DNA of 61,065 nucleotides. Source: a virus. The stretch covers positions 1 to 61,065 of IMG/VR virus record IMGVR_UViG_3300048015_000019; one strand, written 5' to 3'. The notes below the pieces were generated by a model. That model worked only from the letters and a program-made list of their open reading frames with translations, did not search any database and had not been told where the DNA came from. Shown here piece by piece: positions 8,666-18,000 of the stretch (position 1 is its first letter; each line of letters opens with the position of its first letter). The position numbers were made by a program, and so were the translations under genes.

Positions 8666-9093
8666 GAGACGGGCGTATCCTCAAGATCGGCAACACGCAG
8701 TGGCGTCCGGCGCCATTCACGGGCGCGAACACCAGCGGGTATACGCCGGTCGGCGACAAGGTGCTGATCCTGCCTGATGTGGCGGTGACCAAGACGGCCG
8801 GCGGCATCCTGCTCACCGATGAGAAGCAGGAGCAGCAGACCGCCAGCGCCATGACGGGCGTGCTGGTCGAGGCCGCGCCCGGCGCGTTTCTCTGGAACGA
8901 TGACCGTACGGCGCAATGGGAAGGCGCCCGGCCGCTGCCGGGTCAGCGCATCTACTTCGAGCGGTATGCCGGCCAGATCCTGCATGGCAAGGATGGCCAG
9001 ACCTATCGGCTGATGGATCAGCGTTGCATCGCCGGCATTGAGGTGGAACCGGCCGCCGACGCAGCGGAAGCACCGCGGCCAGCAGCCGCATAG
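8662..9093 (+). CDS. GroES/Cpn10-like co-chaperonin
   Basis: PVGDKVLILPDVAVTKTAGGILLTDEKQEQ...GVLVEAAPGA...GQRIYFERYAG...YRLMDQRCIAGIEV parallels GroES PLHDRVIVKR...KSAGGIVLT...GEVLAVG...GDIVIF...ILAIVE. Confidence 0.7.
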   Translation: MRDGRILKIGNTQWRPAPFTGANTSGYTPVGDKVLILPDVAVTKTAGGILLTDEKQEQQTASAMTGVLVEAAPGAFLWNDDRTAQWEGARPLPGQRIYFERYAGQILHGKDGQTYRLMDQRCIAGIEVEPAADAAEAPRPAAA

Positions 9094-9106
9094 TCAGGAG
9101 AGCATC

Positions 9107-9955
9107 ATGTCTGGGGCGACTGACAACGTCTTGTCCCGCGTCGATGACGGCACGGAACCTGTCGAGGAGCCAATCGAGGTTCGCGCCAGGCGTCTCGGCT
9201 GGAAGCCGCGCGAGGAATTCGCATCCGGGCCGCCGCAAAACTGGAAGACGGCCGAGGAGTTTGTCGAGGCCGGCGATCGTGAACTGCCGCTGATCCGCGC
9301 CAACAACCGGAAGCTTGAGACGCAGGTCAGCCGCTTGTCGCGTGATCTGACCGCGGTCACCGAATCTCTCGCCCACATGACGGAAATGCAGCAGAAGGCC
9401 TACGAGCGAGCCTACAAGAAGGCGCGCGAGGACCTGGAGCGCCAGCGCGACGCTGCGGTCGAAGGCGCTGATCGTGCGGCGTTCGCCGCGGCCGAAAAGG
9501 GCCTGAAGGAGCTGGATGCCGAAGCACCCAAGCCGCCGCCGAAACCCGTGCAGCCGCGCGTCGCCGAGCCGCCGCCCGAAGTGCTCGAATGGTCGGATCA
9601 GAACCCGTGGTTCCTCGCCGACGCGAGTCTGCGCGAAAAGGCGGAGCGCATCCACATGCGCATCCAGCAGGCGCGGCCTGGCCTGTCGCTGCGCGAGAAT
9701 CTTGCCGAGGTCACGGCGGAGATGCGCCGCCAGCATCCCGAACTTGCCGGCGAGAACCCGCGCCGCAACGGGGCTGCGGAGGTCAGTGGCGCCGGCACCG
9801 ACAATGGCCCGATGCGGCGCAGCGGCGCCAAGACGTTCGACGCCATGCCTGCTGATTCCAAGGCCGCCTATGAACGGTATGCCAAGGCCATGAAGGCCCG
9901 CGGGGGCGCGCTGACCAGGGAACAATGGGCCGCCGACTACTGGGATCAGGAGTAA
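9107..9955 (+). CDS. Scaffolding protein (putative)
   Basis: CAGGAGAG RBS. Highly charged, coiled-coil-like 282-aa protein between the portal region and the capsid genes. Confidence 0.6.
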   Translation: MSGATDNVLSRVDDGTEPVEEPIEVRARRLGWKPREEFASGPPQNWKTAEEFVEAGDRELPLIRANNRKLETQVSRLSRDLTAVTESLAHMTEMQQKAYERAYKKAREDLERQRDAAVEGADRAAFAAAEKGLKELDAEAPKPPPKPVQPRVAEPPPEVLEWSDQNPWFLADASLREKAERIHMRIQQARPGLSLRENLAEVTAEMRRQHPELAGENPRRNGAAEVSGAGTDNGPMRRSGAKTFDAMPADSKAAYERYAKAMKARGGALTREQWAADYWDQE

Positions 9956-9960
9956 CAGCG

Positions 9961-10596
9961 ATGTCGATCATGAACCATCTGGCCGCCGAGAACCGTGACG
10001 CTGCCACCGAGGCGGCCGAACCGCCCAAGCCGAAACGGGCCTACAACCGCCGTGTGGCGCCCGTCGAGGGGCAGCTGACGATCACGCCGGGGCAGACCGA
10101 CATGCAGCCGAACCACTCGTCGGTGCCGCGCGGTCCGATCACGCCGACCAGGCCGCGCGTTGGAATGGGCGAATTCGTCCGATCGGCCGATGAGCCGGCG
10201 CCGATCCCGGTGGCAGCACCTCGCTCGCGCCCGCGCGATCTGAATCGCAAGCCGTTTGGCGCGCATGAGCAGAAGATGGCGTTCCCGGAGCGGCCCGGGT
10301 TCCATCGCCACATCTTCAACGACACGCCCGGCCGGATCGAGCGCGCGAAGGCTGCCGGCTACGAGCATGTGATGGACAGTCGCGGCAATCCGACCATGAT
10401 GGTGGTCGGCAAGGATGAGGCCGGAAAAGCGCTGAATGCGTACTTGATGGAAATGCCGCAAGAATGGTATGACGAGGACATGGCGGATCGGCAGAACGAG
10501 CAGGAACGCACCATGGCCGCAATCAAGCGCGGTTCGCATTCGGCGCCCGAGAATTCCTACGTGCCCCAGAAGGGCATTTCGCTCGAACGGCGCTGA
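9961..10596 (+). CDS. Hypothetical head-assembly protein
   Basis: ORF in the head module with good GC3. No motif recognised. Confidence 0.55.
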   Translation: MSIMNHLAAENRDAATEAAEPPKPKRAYNRRVAPVEGQLTITPGQTDMQPNHSSVPRGPITPTRPRVGMGEFVRSADEPAPIPVAAPRSRPRDLNRKPFGAHEQKMAFPERPGFHRHIFNDTPGRIERAKAAGYEHVMDSRGNPTMMVVGKDEAGKALNAYLMEMPQEWYDEDMADRQNEQERTMAAIKRGSHSAPENSYVPQKGISLERR

Positions 10597-10691
10597 TCCG
10601 CATCTGACTTTGAGGCCCCAGGCAAGACGGGAATCGCTACCGGCGCCATCATGGTGATGGCGATCGATCCCCTTGACCTGAGGGCTTTCTC

Positions 10692-11282
10692 ATGGCGAAC
10701 GCCAATACCCCGCGCGGGCTCATTCCCTATGCCGACACCTATGGCCGCAAATTCAACGGTTCGCTGAGCATCTACTATGTGCCCGCCGGCAATGCGACGG
10801 CGCTGTTCATGGGTGATCCGCTCCTCGCGATCTCGAACACTTCTGACGGCAACGGCATTCCGGCCATCGGCATCGCAGCCGCCGGCGGCGGCACGTACAT
10901 CACCGGCGCCTTCATGGGCATCGCGAACAACGCCGGCGCCATCCCGATCACGCTGCTGCAGAACCAGACCCCGTATCTCGCGGCCGGTCAGGCGGCGTAT
11001 GTCTACGTCGCCGATGACCCGAGCCTGCTGTTCGAGGTCCAGGAGAACGGCTCGATGGTATCGGGCGCATCGATGCGCAACGTCGATCTCGTCGCCGGGT
11101 CCGGCTCGACAGTGACCAGTTATTCCGGTTGGCAGCTGAACAGCTCGACGCTCGCCACGACGAACACGCTGCAGATGCGGATTAAGCAGCTGCTTCAGGA
11201 GGCCGACAACACCGTCGGCACCAACGCGAAGTGGCTCTGCAAGATCAATCTGCACTCTCTCAACAACCCTGCCGGCATCTGA
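10692..11282 (+). CDS. Putative capsid decoration/cement protein
   Basis: 196-aa beta-rich protein directly upstream of the major capsid gene. Call is by position only. Confidence 0.4.
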   Translation: MANANTPRGLIPYADTYGRKFNGSLSIYYVPAGNATALFMGDPLLAISNTSDGNGIPAIGIAAAGGGTYITGAFMGIANNAGAIPITLLQNQTPYLAAGQAAYVYVADDPSLLFEVQENGSMVSGASMRNVDLVAGSGSTVTSYSGWQLNSSTLATTNTLQMRIKQLLQEADNTVGTNAKWLCKINLHSLNNPAGI

Positions 11283-11297
11283 AGGGGCACCCGCACC

Positions 11298-12206
11298 ATG
11301 GCGATCATCACGACTGGGACCCATCCAAAGGCGCTTTGGCCCGGCATCAAGGCCTTCTGGGGCCGCTCGTATGCCGAGCACCAGGAGGAGTGGTCCGACC
11401 TGTTCGAGACCGACACCTCGGACAAGGCATACGAGGAAGAGGTCGAAATCACGGGCTTTGGCCTGGCCCCGGTGAAGCCGCAGGGCACGTCGATTTTCTA
11501 CGACACCGAGACGCAGGGCGCGGTCAGCCGGTTCACGCACGTGGCCTATGCGCTGGGTTACATCGTGACTTGGGAAGAGCTGCGCGACAACCTCTATGAG
11601 GCGGTTTCGAAGCGCCGGGCTCAGCAGCTCGCGTTCTCCATGCGCCAGACCAAGGAGAACGTGCTCGCCAGCATCTACAACAACGCCTTTTCGTCGTCCT
11701 ACAACGGCGCGGACGGCGCGCCGTTGTGCTCGGCTTCGCACCCGACGCTGAGCGGCAACCAGTCGAACCTGCTCACCACGGCGGCTGACCTGTCCGAACT
11801 GGCCGTCGAGGATCTGGTGATTCAGATCATGCTTGCGACCAACAACCGCGGCTTGAAGTTCTCGTTGCTTCCGCAGTCGCTGCACGTGCCGGCTAACCTC
11901 TTCTTTGAGGCGAACCGCATCTACAAGTCGGTGCTGCAGAACGACACCACGAACAACGCCATCAACGTGCTGCGGGCGACCGGCGTGTTTCCGAAGGGCA
12001 TCAAGATCAACCACTACTTCCTGAGCCAGACGGCGTGGTTCATCAGGACGAATGCACCGCGAAGTTTGCAGTATTTCGAGCGTGATGCGATCTCGTTCGA
12101 CCGTGATAACGATTTCGATACAAAAAACGCCAAGGCAGCATGCTATGAGCGTTACTCTGCCTCGTGGGCCGACTGGCGTGGCCTCTATGGAACGCCGGGA
12201 GTCTAG
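11298..12206 (+). CDS. Major capsid protein (HK97-fold type inferred)
   Basis: 302 aa, follows the scaffold and decoration genes, and is followed by a strong terminator. No motif-level identification was made. Confidence 0.7.
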   Translation: MAIITTGTHPKALWPGIKAFWGRSYAEHQEEWSDLFETDTSDKAYEEEVEITGFGLAPVKPQGTSIFYDTETQGAVSRFTHVAYALGYIVTWEELRDNLYEAVSKRRAQQLAFSMRQTKENVLASIYNNAFSSSYNGADGAPLCSASHPTLSGNQSNLLTTAADLSELAVEDLVIQIMLATNNRGLKFSLLPQSLHVPANLFFEANRIYKSVLQNDTTNNAINVLRATGVFPKGIKINHYFLSQTAWFIRTNAPRSLQYFERDAISFDRDNDFDTKNAKAACYERYSASWADWRGLYGTPGV

Positions 12207-12231
12207 ACCGAGCGTCTGGTAGTTCGTGAAG

Positions 12232-12262
12232 GGCGTCGGAGTGATCCGGCGCCTTTCTGTTT
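12232..12262 (+). terminator. Rho-independent terminator after the capsid gene
   Basis: GGCGTCGGA-GTGA-TCCGGCGCC stem (one G:U pair) followed by TTTCTGTTT. Confidence 0.7.
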
Positions 12263-12289
12263 GATCATGACCGCGACTTTTGCTATCAT
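12261..12289 (+). promoter_or_regulatory. Sigma70-like promoter TTGATC-N17-TATCAT
   Basis: -35 at 12261-12266 and -10 at 12284-12289, in the only sizeable gap of the structural region. Confidence 0.5.
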
Positions 12290-12361
12290 CCTATTATCGC
12301 GTCTCAGTCATGGACGGCGATCCCCACAGCCCGGCCTTGAGTGGCCCTGAAGGAGATCCCC

Positions 12362-13285
12362 ATGGCTCGCACTGCGCTCTATGCCCCCGCCCATCGTGTC
12401 GCTCCTCGTCTTGCGCTCGGCAACACCGGCGGCAATCCCGACCAGGCGCCCAGCATCGATTTCGGCGGCAGCGGCATCCAGGATCCGCGACTGCCCTACA
12501 ACACGGCCAACAGCGCGACCGGCGCGGCCGTGGTCGGCTGGATGGAGACCGGCGCCATCAAGGTGATCAGCGCGGTTCCGTCTGCTCTGGCGACCGCCAG
12601 CATCGCTGCGGCGGCACACACGACCAGCGGCACGGCCATGACGCTGGTGAGCAGCACCGGTTCCGGCATCACGGTTCTGGCGTCGGCGCTGATGGTGCTG
12701 CCCAGCCTCAACACCGTGCCGGCCGGCGCGCTCGCGATCGACGGCGCACCCGGGCTGGTGACGTTCGGCACGCACAATCGCACCTCGTTCTATGATCCGA
12801 CGAAGGCGCTGGCGCGCTCTGTGTCGATCACTGGCATTGCCGGCGGTGCTGGCGGAAACTTCCTGATCAAGGGCGCTGACATCTACGGCTATCCGATGTC
12901 TCAGCTTCTGACGGTGGCGGCCGGCGCGAACACGGTGAACACGACGAAGTGCTTCAAGTTTGTCTACAGCGTCACCCCGCAGTTCACAGATGGCACCGGC
13001 ACCTATTCGATCGGCCATGGTGACGTCTATGGGTTCGGCCTGGCGGCGGACTATTTCTCGGACGTGGACATTTACTGGGCCAACGTGATCCAGGCGGCGG
13101 CGACTTTTACGGCCGCGGTGACCACATCGCCGGCCACTACGACGACGGGCGATGTGCGCGGCACGTTCACGCCTGGGTCGGCATCAGACGGCACCAAGCG
13201 CCTCGATGTGTTCGTGGTGCCCAGTCTGAAGCGCATCGCCACCGCGCCGATGTCCGCCGGCCTGTTCGGCGTCACGCAGGTCTGA
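12362..13285 (+). CDS. Virion structural protein (hypothetical)
   Basis: AAGGAGAT RBS before ATG 12362. Ala/Thr/Gly-rich 307-aa protein. Confidence 0.6.
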   Translation: MARTALYAPAHRVAPRLALGNTGGNPDQAPSIDFGGSGIQDPRLPYNTANSATGAAVVGWMETGAIKVISAVPSALATASIAAAAHTTSGTAMTLVSSTGSGITVLASALMVLPSLNTVPAGALAIDGAPGLVTFGTHNRTSFYDPTKALARSVSITGIAGGAGGNFLIKGADIYGYPMSQLLTVAAGANTVNTTKCFKFVYSVTPQFTDGTGTYSIGHGDVYGFGLAADYFSDVDIYWANVIQAAATFTAAVTTSPATTTTGDVRGTFTPGSASDGTKRLDVFVVPSLKRIATAPMSAGLFGVTQV

Positions 13286-13305
13286 TTTTTCCAGGGAGGG
13301 TTCCC

Positions 13306-13536
13306 ATGAGCGTCGATCCGCAGTTCGCCGACGATTTCGTGCAGGCCGGCATGACCAAGGTCGAGGAAGCGCTGGCCAACGAGCCGCGCTTTCAGGGCGC
13401 CATGCTGCGTGGCGACGTGCTCACGGTGGCCGAAGCGCTGCTGCGGCACCTGATCACGTACCAGTCGCCGACTGCGCCGGCGTCTGAGCAGCCCGCGCCC
13501 GATCCGAACCCACCGCCCGAACAGTCCACGACCTGA
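13306..13536 (+). CDS. Small hypothetical structural-module protein
   Basis: GGGAGGG RBS. 76 aa. Confidence 0.6.
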   Translation: MSVDPQFADDFVQAGMTKVEEALANEPRFQGAMLRGDVLTVAEALLRHLITYQSPTAPASEQPAPDPNPPPEQSTT

Positions 13537-13555
13537 TCGGTCATAGGAGAGCCCC

Positions 13556-13975
13556 ATGGCCGACAGCGTGTCTGTCCAGACGATCGAGAACGGGTATCGC
13601 AACCTGGTCGTGAAGCTCACGTCCGTGTCGGACGGGACGGGCGAGGTGTTGGTCAAGAAGGTTGATGCAGCGGCAGCGGGCAATGGTGTGGTCGTTCAGG
13701 GCCAGACCTTTGTCCCCGGTGTGCATCTGAAGATCCGCAAGATCGTCTACGAGTGCAAGGGGATGGCGGTTCGGCTGTTGTGGGATGCTACGACGCCGAC
13801 CGATATCGTCGTCCTGGGCGACATGGGCAGCATGGACTTCAATTCGCTCGGTGGCTTGCCCAACCCGCAGGCTGCAGGTGCCACGGGAAGCATCCTGCTT
13901 TCGACGATTAACGCGGCGTTGAATGCCTCCTACACGATCACGCTGTTCATGACCAAAGGCGTTCCTCAGTCGTAA
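13556..13975 (+). CDS. Hypothetical structural-module protein
   Basis: AGGAGAG RBS. 139-aa beta-rich protein. Confidence 0.6.
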   Translation: MADSVSVQTIENGYRNLVVKLTSVSDGTGEVLVKKVDAAAAGNGVVVQGQTFVPGVHLKIRKIVYECKGMAVRLLWDATTPTDIVVLGDMGSMDFNSLGGLPNPQAAGATGSILLSTINAALNASYTITLFMTKGVPQS

Positions 13976-13987
13976 GGAGCGCGCGGC

Positions 13988-14539
13988 ATGGCAGACGACA
14001 AGCATTACAAGCCAGGTTCGTTCTACCGGATCGACGATATTTCCGGTTTCAAGGTCCGGGCCGAGCGCACGCGCAAAATCTGGACGGGCATGATTACCGA
14101 CCAGCGCCGGTGGGAAGCCCGTAACGCGCAGGAGTTTGTTCGCGGCGTGGTCGATGACCAGACCGTGCCAGACCCTCGGCCGCGCCAGGTCAATCAGTTC
14201 GTCATCCTGGGAACCTATGTGACTGCGTTCTCGCCGCGCGGGTCGAGCACGTTTCAGGTGGACAGCACGGTGAAGATGCTGCCCGGCGACAAGCTGCAGA
14301 TCATGCTGGACAAGGGCGAGAATTTCTTCTCGACGATCCAGTCGATTGATGGCGACCTGATCACGATCGCCGACGCGCTGCCGGACTCGGTTGGTGGCCC
14401 CGTCGGCGGCTATTACGGCGATCCGCTTGAGAACTCGGTTCTGGATTTCGGGGGAGGTTCGCCGGCGCCGCCGGTGGATCTGACGTTCATCCTCGACGTC
14501 GCCGGTCACGACACCCTCGACTACAACGTGCTGGGCTGA
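13988..14539 (+). CDS. Hypothetical structural-module protein
   Basis: AAGGAG RBS. 183 aa. Confidence 0.6.
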   Translation: MADDKHYKPGSFYRIDDISGFKVRAERTRKIWTGMITDQRRWEARNAQEFVRGVVDDQTVPDPRPRQVNQFVILGTYVTAFSPRGSSTFQVDSTVKMLPGDKLQIMLDKGENFFSTIQSIDGDLITIADALPDSVGGPVGGYYGDPLENSVLDFGGGSPAPPVDLTFILDVAGHDTLDYNVLG

Positions 14540-14542
14540 TCC

Positions 14543-15088
14543 ATGAGCAACTTTGTCCAAGGCACCACGCTGACCGCCGCGGCGCTCAATGCCGCGTTCG
14601 CCGCAGTGACGCCGCCCACGGCCGCTTTGCTTGGGGGCAATGGCACGTCGTCGACGGCTGTCGCGCTGGGCGCCGGACTGGTGCTGAACAGTGGCACGTT
14701 GGCGGCGCCTGGAAGCGGCGGCAGCAACGCGCAATACATCGCTGTGTCAGTGTCCGATGAGGTGACGCCGATCTCTGTGGCGTCTGGCGTGATGAAGTTT
14801 CGCATGCCGTTCTCGATGACGGTAACGGCTGTGCGATCGTCGGTCTCGACGGCCAGCGCCAGCGGCGCGGTGCAGGTTGATCTGAAGTCGTCGGGCGCCA
14901 CAATTCTGGGCACGCCGAAGCTGAACATCGACGTGTCGCAACTGACTTCGACGACGAGCACAGTGCCGAACAACGGTTCCCTGGTGACCACGTCGCTGGG
15001 CGATGACACCGAGGTCGAGATTGACATCACGGTGGCTGGCGCCGGCGCCACAGGCCTTAAGGTGCTGTTCATCGGGACGCATCCATGA
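14543..15088 (+). CDS. Hypothetical tail/fibre-associated protein
   Basis: Ala/Ser/Thr/Gly-rich 181-aa protein, ATGA-coupled to the large tail protein. Confidence 0.55.
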   Translation: MSNFVQGTTLTAAALNAAFAAVTPPTAALLGGNGTSSTAVALGAGLVLNSGTLAAPGSGGSNAQYIAVSVSDEVTPISVASGVMKFRMPFSMTVTAVRSSVSTASASGAVQVDLKSSGATILGTPKLNIDVSQLTSTTSTVPNNGSLVTTSLGDDTEVEIDITVAGAGATGLKVLFIGTHP

Positions 15089-18000
15089 GCCGGGTCGCAT
15101 ATGGCGCCGAGTCCCTCGCAGCCATTCGGCGGCTGACCCGCGGCGTGTGCCTGATTCCAGGCACCGGGGAATTCATTTACGACACCCAGATCGTGACGAC
15201 GAATGGCTACCAATCGGAAAACCACAACCGGGCCGGTTCACCGAATTCCGATATGGTCAACAGCATCGCGCTGCTGAAATCGTCGCTGCCGAATGTGAAA
15301 ACTGTCAGTCTGATCTGTTCATGGTTCGGGAACGACTTGCGCGCCAGTCAGGCATTGATCCGGCCTGGTGTGGACAGTGTCAGCAAGACCAGCACGCCCT
15401 ATTCCTGGCAGGTAGCCGACCAAATCCGCAGCACGGCCTATGCGATTCAGCACGACGGCAGCGGGAGCGCCTATTTCGGCGGCACACCCTCGGACCTGTC
15501 GATCGTCCGATGCGCGCACTACTTGAACAGCCAGGGCTACGACGTCACCCTGTATCCGTTCATCATGAACGACATTGAGGCCGGGAACACGCTGCCGGAT
15601 CCCTACGGCAGCTTGACCGGCCAGGAAGCACAGCCGTGGCGCGGGATGATCACCACGGATGTGCACCGTAGTCAGCCGGGCACGACGGATCGCAGCGCCA
15701 CGGCCGCGGCCAATGTGGCCGCTTTTTTCGGCACCTGTGCAGCCTCGCAGATCACCTGCTCGGTCGATGTCACGACAAGCGCGATCACGTACTCGAGCAC
15801 CGCGACCGACTTTCGGTATCGGCGCATGATCATGCACTACGCCAAGTTGTCGGCGGCCATCAACGCGGTGCAGCCCGGCACGATCAAGAATTTCCTGGTC
15901 GGTTCTGAGATGCGTGAGCTCATGAGCCTGACGGACGCGAGCCGGACGTTCATCGCGGTGCTGGCGATGCAGACCCTGGCGCAAGACATCAAGGCCGTGC
16001 TCGGGTCTAGCGTCTCTGTCGGCTATGCCAGCGACTGGAGCGAAACTACGGGCTTCTCAGACCCCAACGGGTCCGGGTTCTGGTTTCACCTGGACCCGCT
16101 GTTTGCGGACGGTTCGATCGGCTTTGTCGGCGTGGACAACTACATGCCGCTGGCAGACCAGCGTGTTGGTCAGACTGATCTGACGCACACTGTATCCGCA
16201 CTGCAGGCGGATATTGAGGGCGGCGAGCTCTGGGATTTTTACTACGCCAGTCAGTCTGATCGGGATGCCGGGATCAAGACGCCGATCACAAACCCGATCT
16301 ATCGAATCAAAGATATCCGGAATTGGTGGTCCACCACGCATCACGACATGCCCGGTGGCGTCCCAAATAGCTCGCCGACCGCGTGGGTGCCGCAGAGCAA
16401 GCCGATGGTGTTCACCGAATACGGCGCGGCCAAGATCGACAAGACCTCAAACGAACCGAACGTGTTCCCCGCACCGCTCACCGGGGGTGGCTATCAGTCA
16501 GGATCGCTGCCCTATTACTCGACCGGCGTGAAAGATCTCGGCGCGCAGACCGCATTTCACACAGCGCTGATCCCCTATTGGACGTCGCCGGCGCTGAATC
16601 CGAACAGCACGGTCTATGGCGGCCCGATGATTGACATGACCCGGGCCTGCGCTTGGTGCTGGGATGCGCGCCCCTACCCGGAATTTCCGCTGCTGACATC
16701 GGTCTGGAACGATGGGCCAAAATTCTATGTGGGCCACTGGCTGAACGACAACGTGCTCTACACGCCGCTGCCAGTGCCCGCTCAGACCTGGGTGTTCTTT
16801 TGGGCCGGGCAGTCGAACGCCGAGAAGATGTTCTATGCCGAGAACGACATCAACGGCAGTCCGGTTGCGCCTGGCGTAAACTATTTCAACGCCGGCATCG
16901 TGACGGGGGTACCGATTGATGGCCTATCGGTGAACAGCGTCAAGGCGGCCGTCGGCGGCACCGCGCTGCTTGAGGTCATGGATTACCAACAGGTGAACCC
17001 GGACGGATCTCCGGGCGCCTATATCGGCCACTGGTGGAACGCCAACGGCACGCCTGGCCAGTTGGCGCTGAACATGGCCGCGCAGGCGGCGTCCACGACT
17101 GGCATCGTGAAGATGCTGATCTGGGATCAGGGCGAGACCGACTGGAACGACGTGCTGCCACCCGGATCCTATGGTAGTTTGCCTGGTGGCGGATACCGGT
17201 CGCCCAACCCCAAGGGTATGCTCGGCGGCGGATGCGCGGTGGCCCAATATGAGGCGGCGTTCGCTGCATTCATCTCGTGGTGCCGGTCGAGCGCATGTTT
17301 CAACAATCCGAACCTGCCGGTTTTGATCAGCGGGATTGGGCAGGGTCGCTACCCTTGGACGGCATTGCTGACGTCGCAGTTGTCGGGCGTTACGGAGCCG
17401 GCCGAGAACTCCTACCTGTTCGGCATCTGGGCCGCGCAGCGGAACGCGATCAACAACATCGCCAACGTGTTTCAGGGCGACCGCCGCTGCCGGCGTGACG
17501 GTGACTATGGGCCGGAATGGGCCGCCGATTACCCGTTGGCCCGGGTGGATGGCATCCACCTTGAGGGACCCTCATATGAGGCCCATGGCATGGCTTTAGC
17601 GGCCGAGGCGCTTCCGATCGTCATGGGCACCAAGACCTGGTCGCCGAACAGCTACCAGATCACCAGTGCACCGAACGAGATCGTGTTCCTGGGTGCGTTT
17701 ACCGGAGCCAGGATGTTTGCTGACTTCGCCTATTATGTGACCACCATGACCCGGTCGGGTGGCGTGGTGACGGCAACTGTGACGCCGGCGCATGGGTTCG
17801 ACAGCACCTATGTCGGGGCGCCGATGTCGGTCTCTGAATCAGAACTGGACGCTTCATTCGACGGCGCGTTCACGATCGCGTCGGTGCCGAGCACCACCAC
17901 GCTGACTTGGGCGCAAGCCGGCGCTAATGTGACCATTGTGGGGGTGGCTGCAGGCACCACGATATCGGCGTTCGGCACCGGCACCGGCGGCGCTGGAACC

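Noticed and set aside
10645-10661. Perfect hairpin GCCATCA-TGG-TGATGGC in the gap before the decoration-protein gene, considered as a terminator.
   Set aside because: It has no downstream T-tract, and the stem is short with a 3-nt loop. It may be a minor RNA-stability or processing element, but the evidence is insufficient to call it a terminator.
10557-12014. Very long antisense or alternative-frame ORFs. Examples: 252-947(-), 6418-7872(-), 10557-12014(-), 13541-14734(-), 18801-19928(-), 28256-29764(-), 25061-26308(+), 47397-48728(+), 49639-50652(+), 50268-51410(+).
   Set aside because: These are typical shadow ORFs of G+C-rich DNA. They lie opposite or out of frame to genes with recognisable domains (capsid, portal, tail, recombination). 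Their products are Arg/Pro/Gly/His-rich, and they lack RBS or coupling context.
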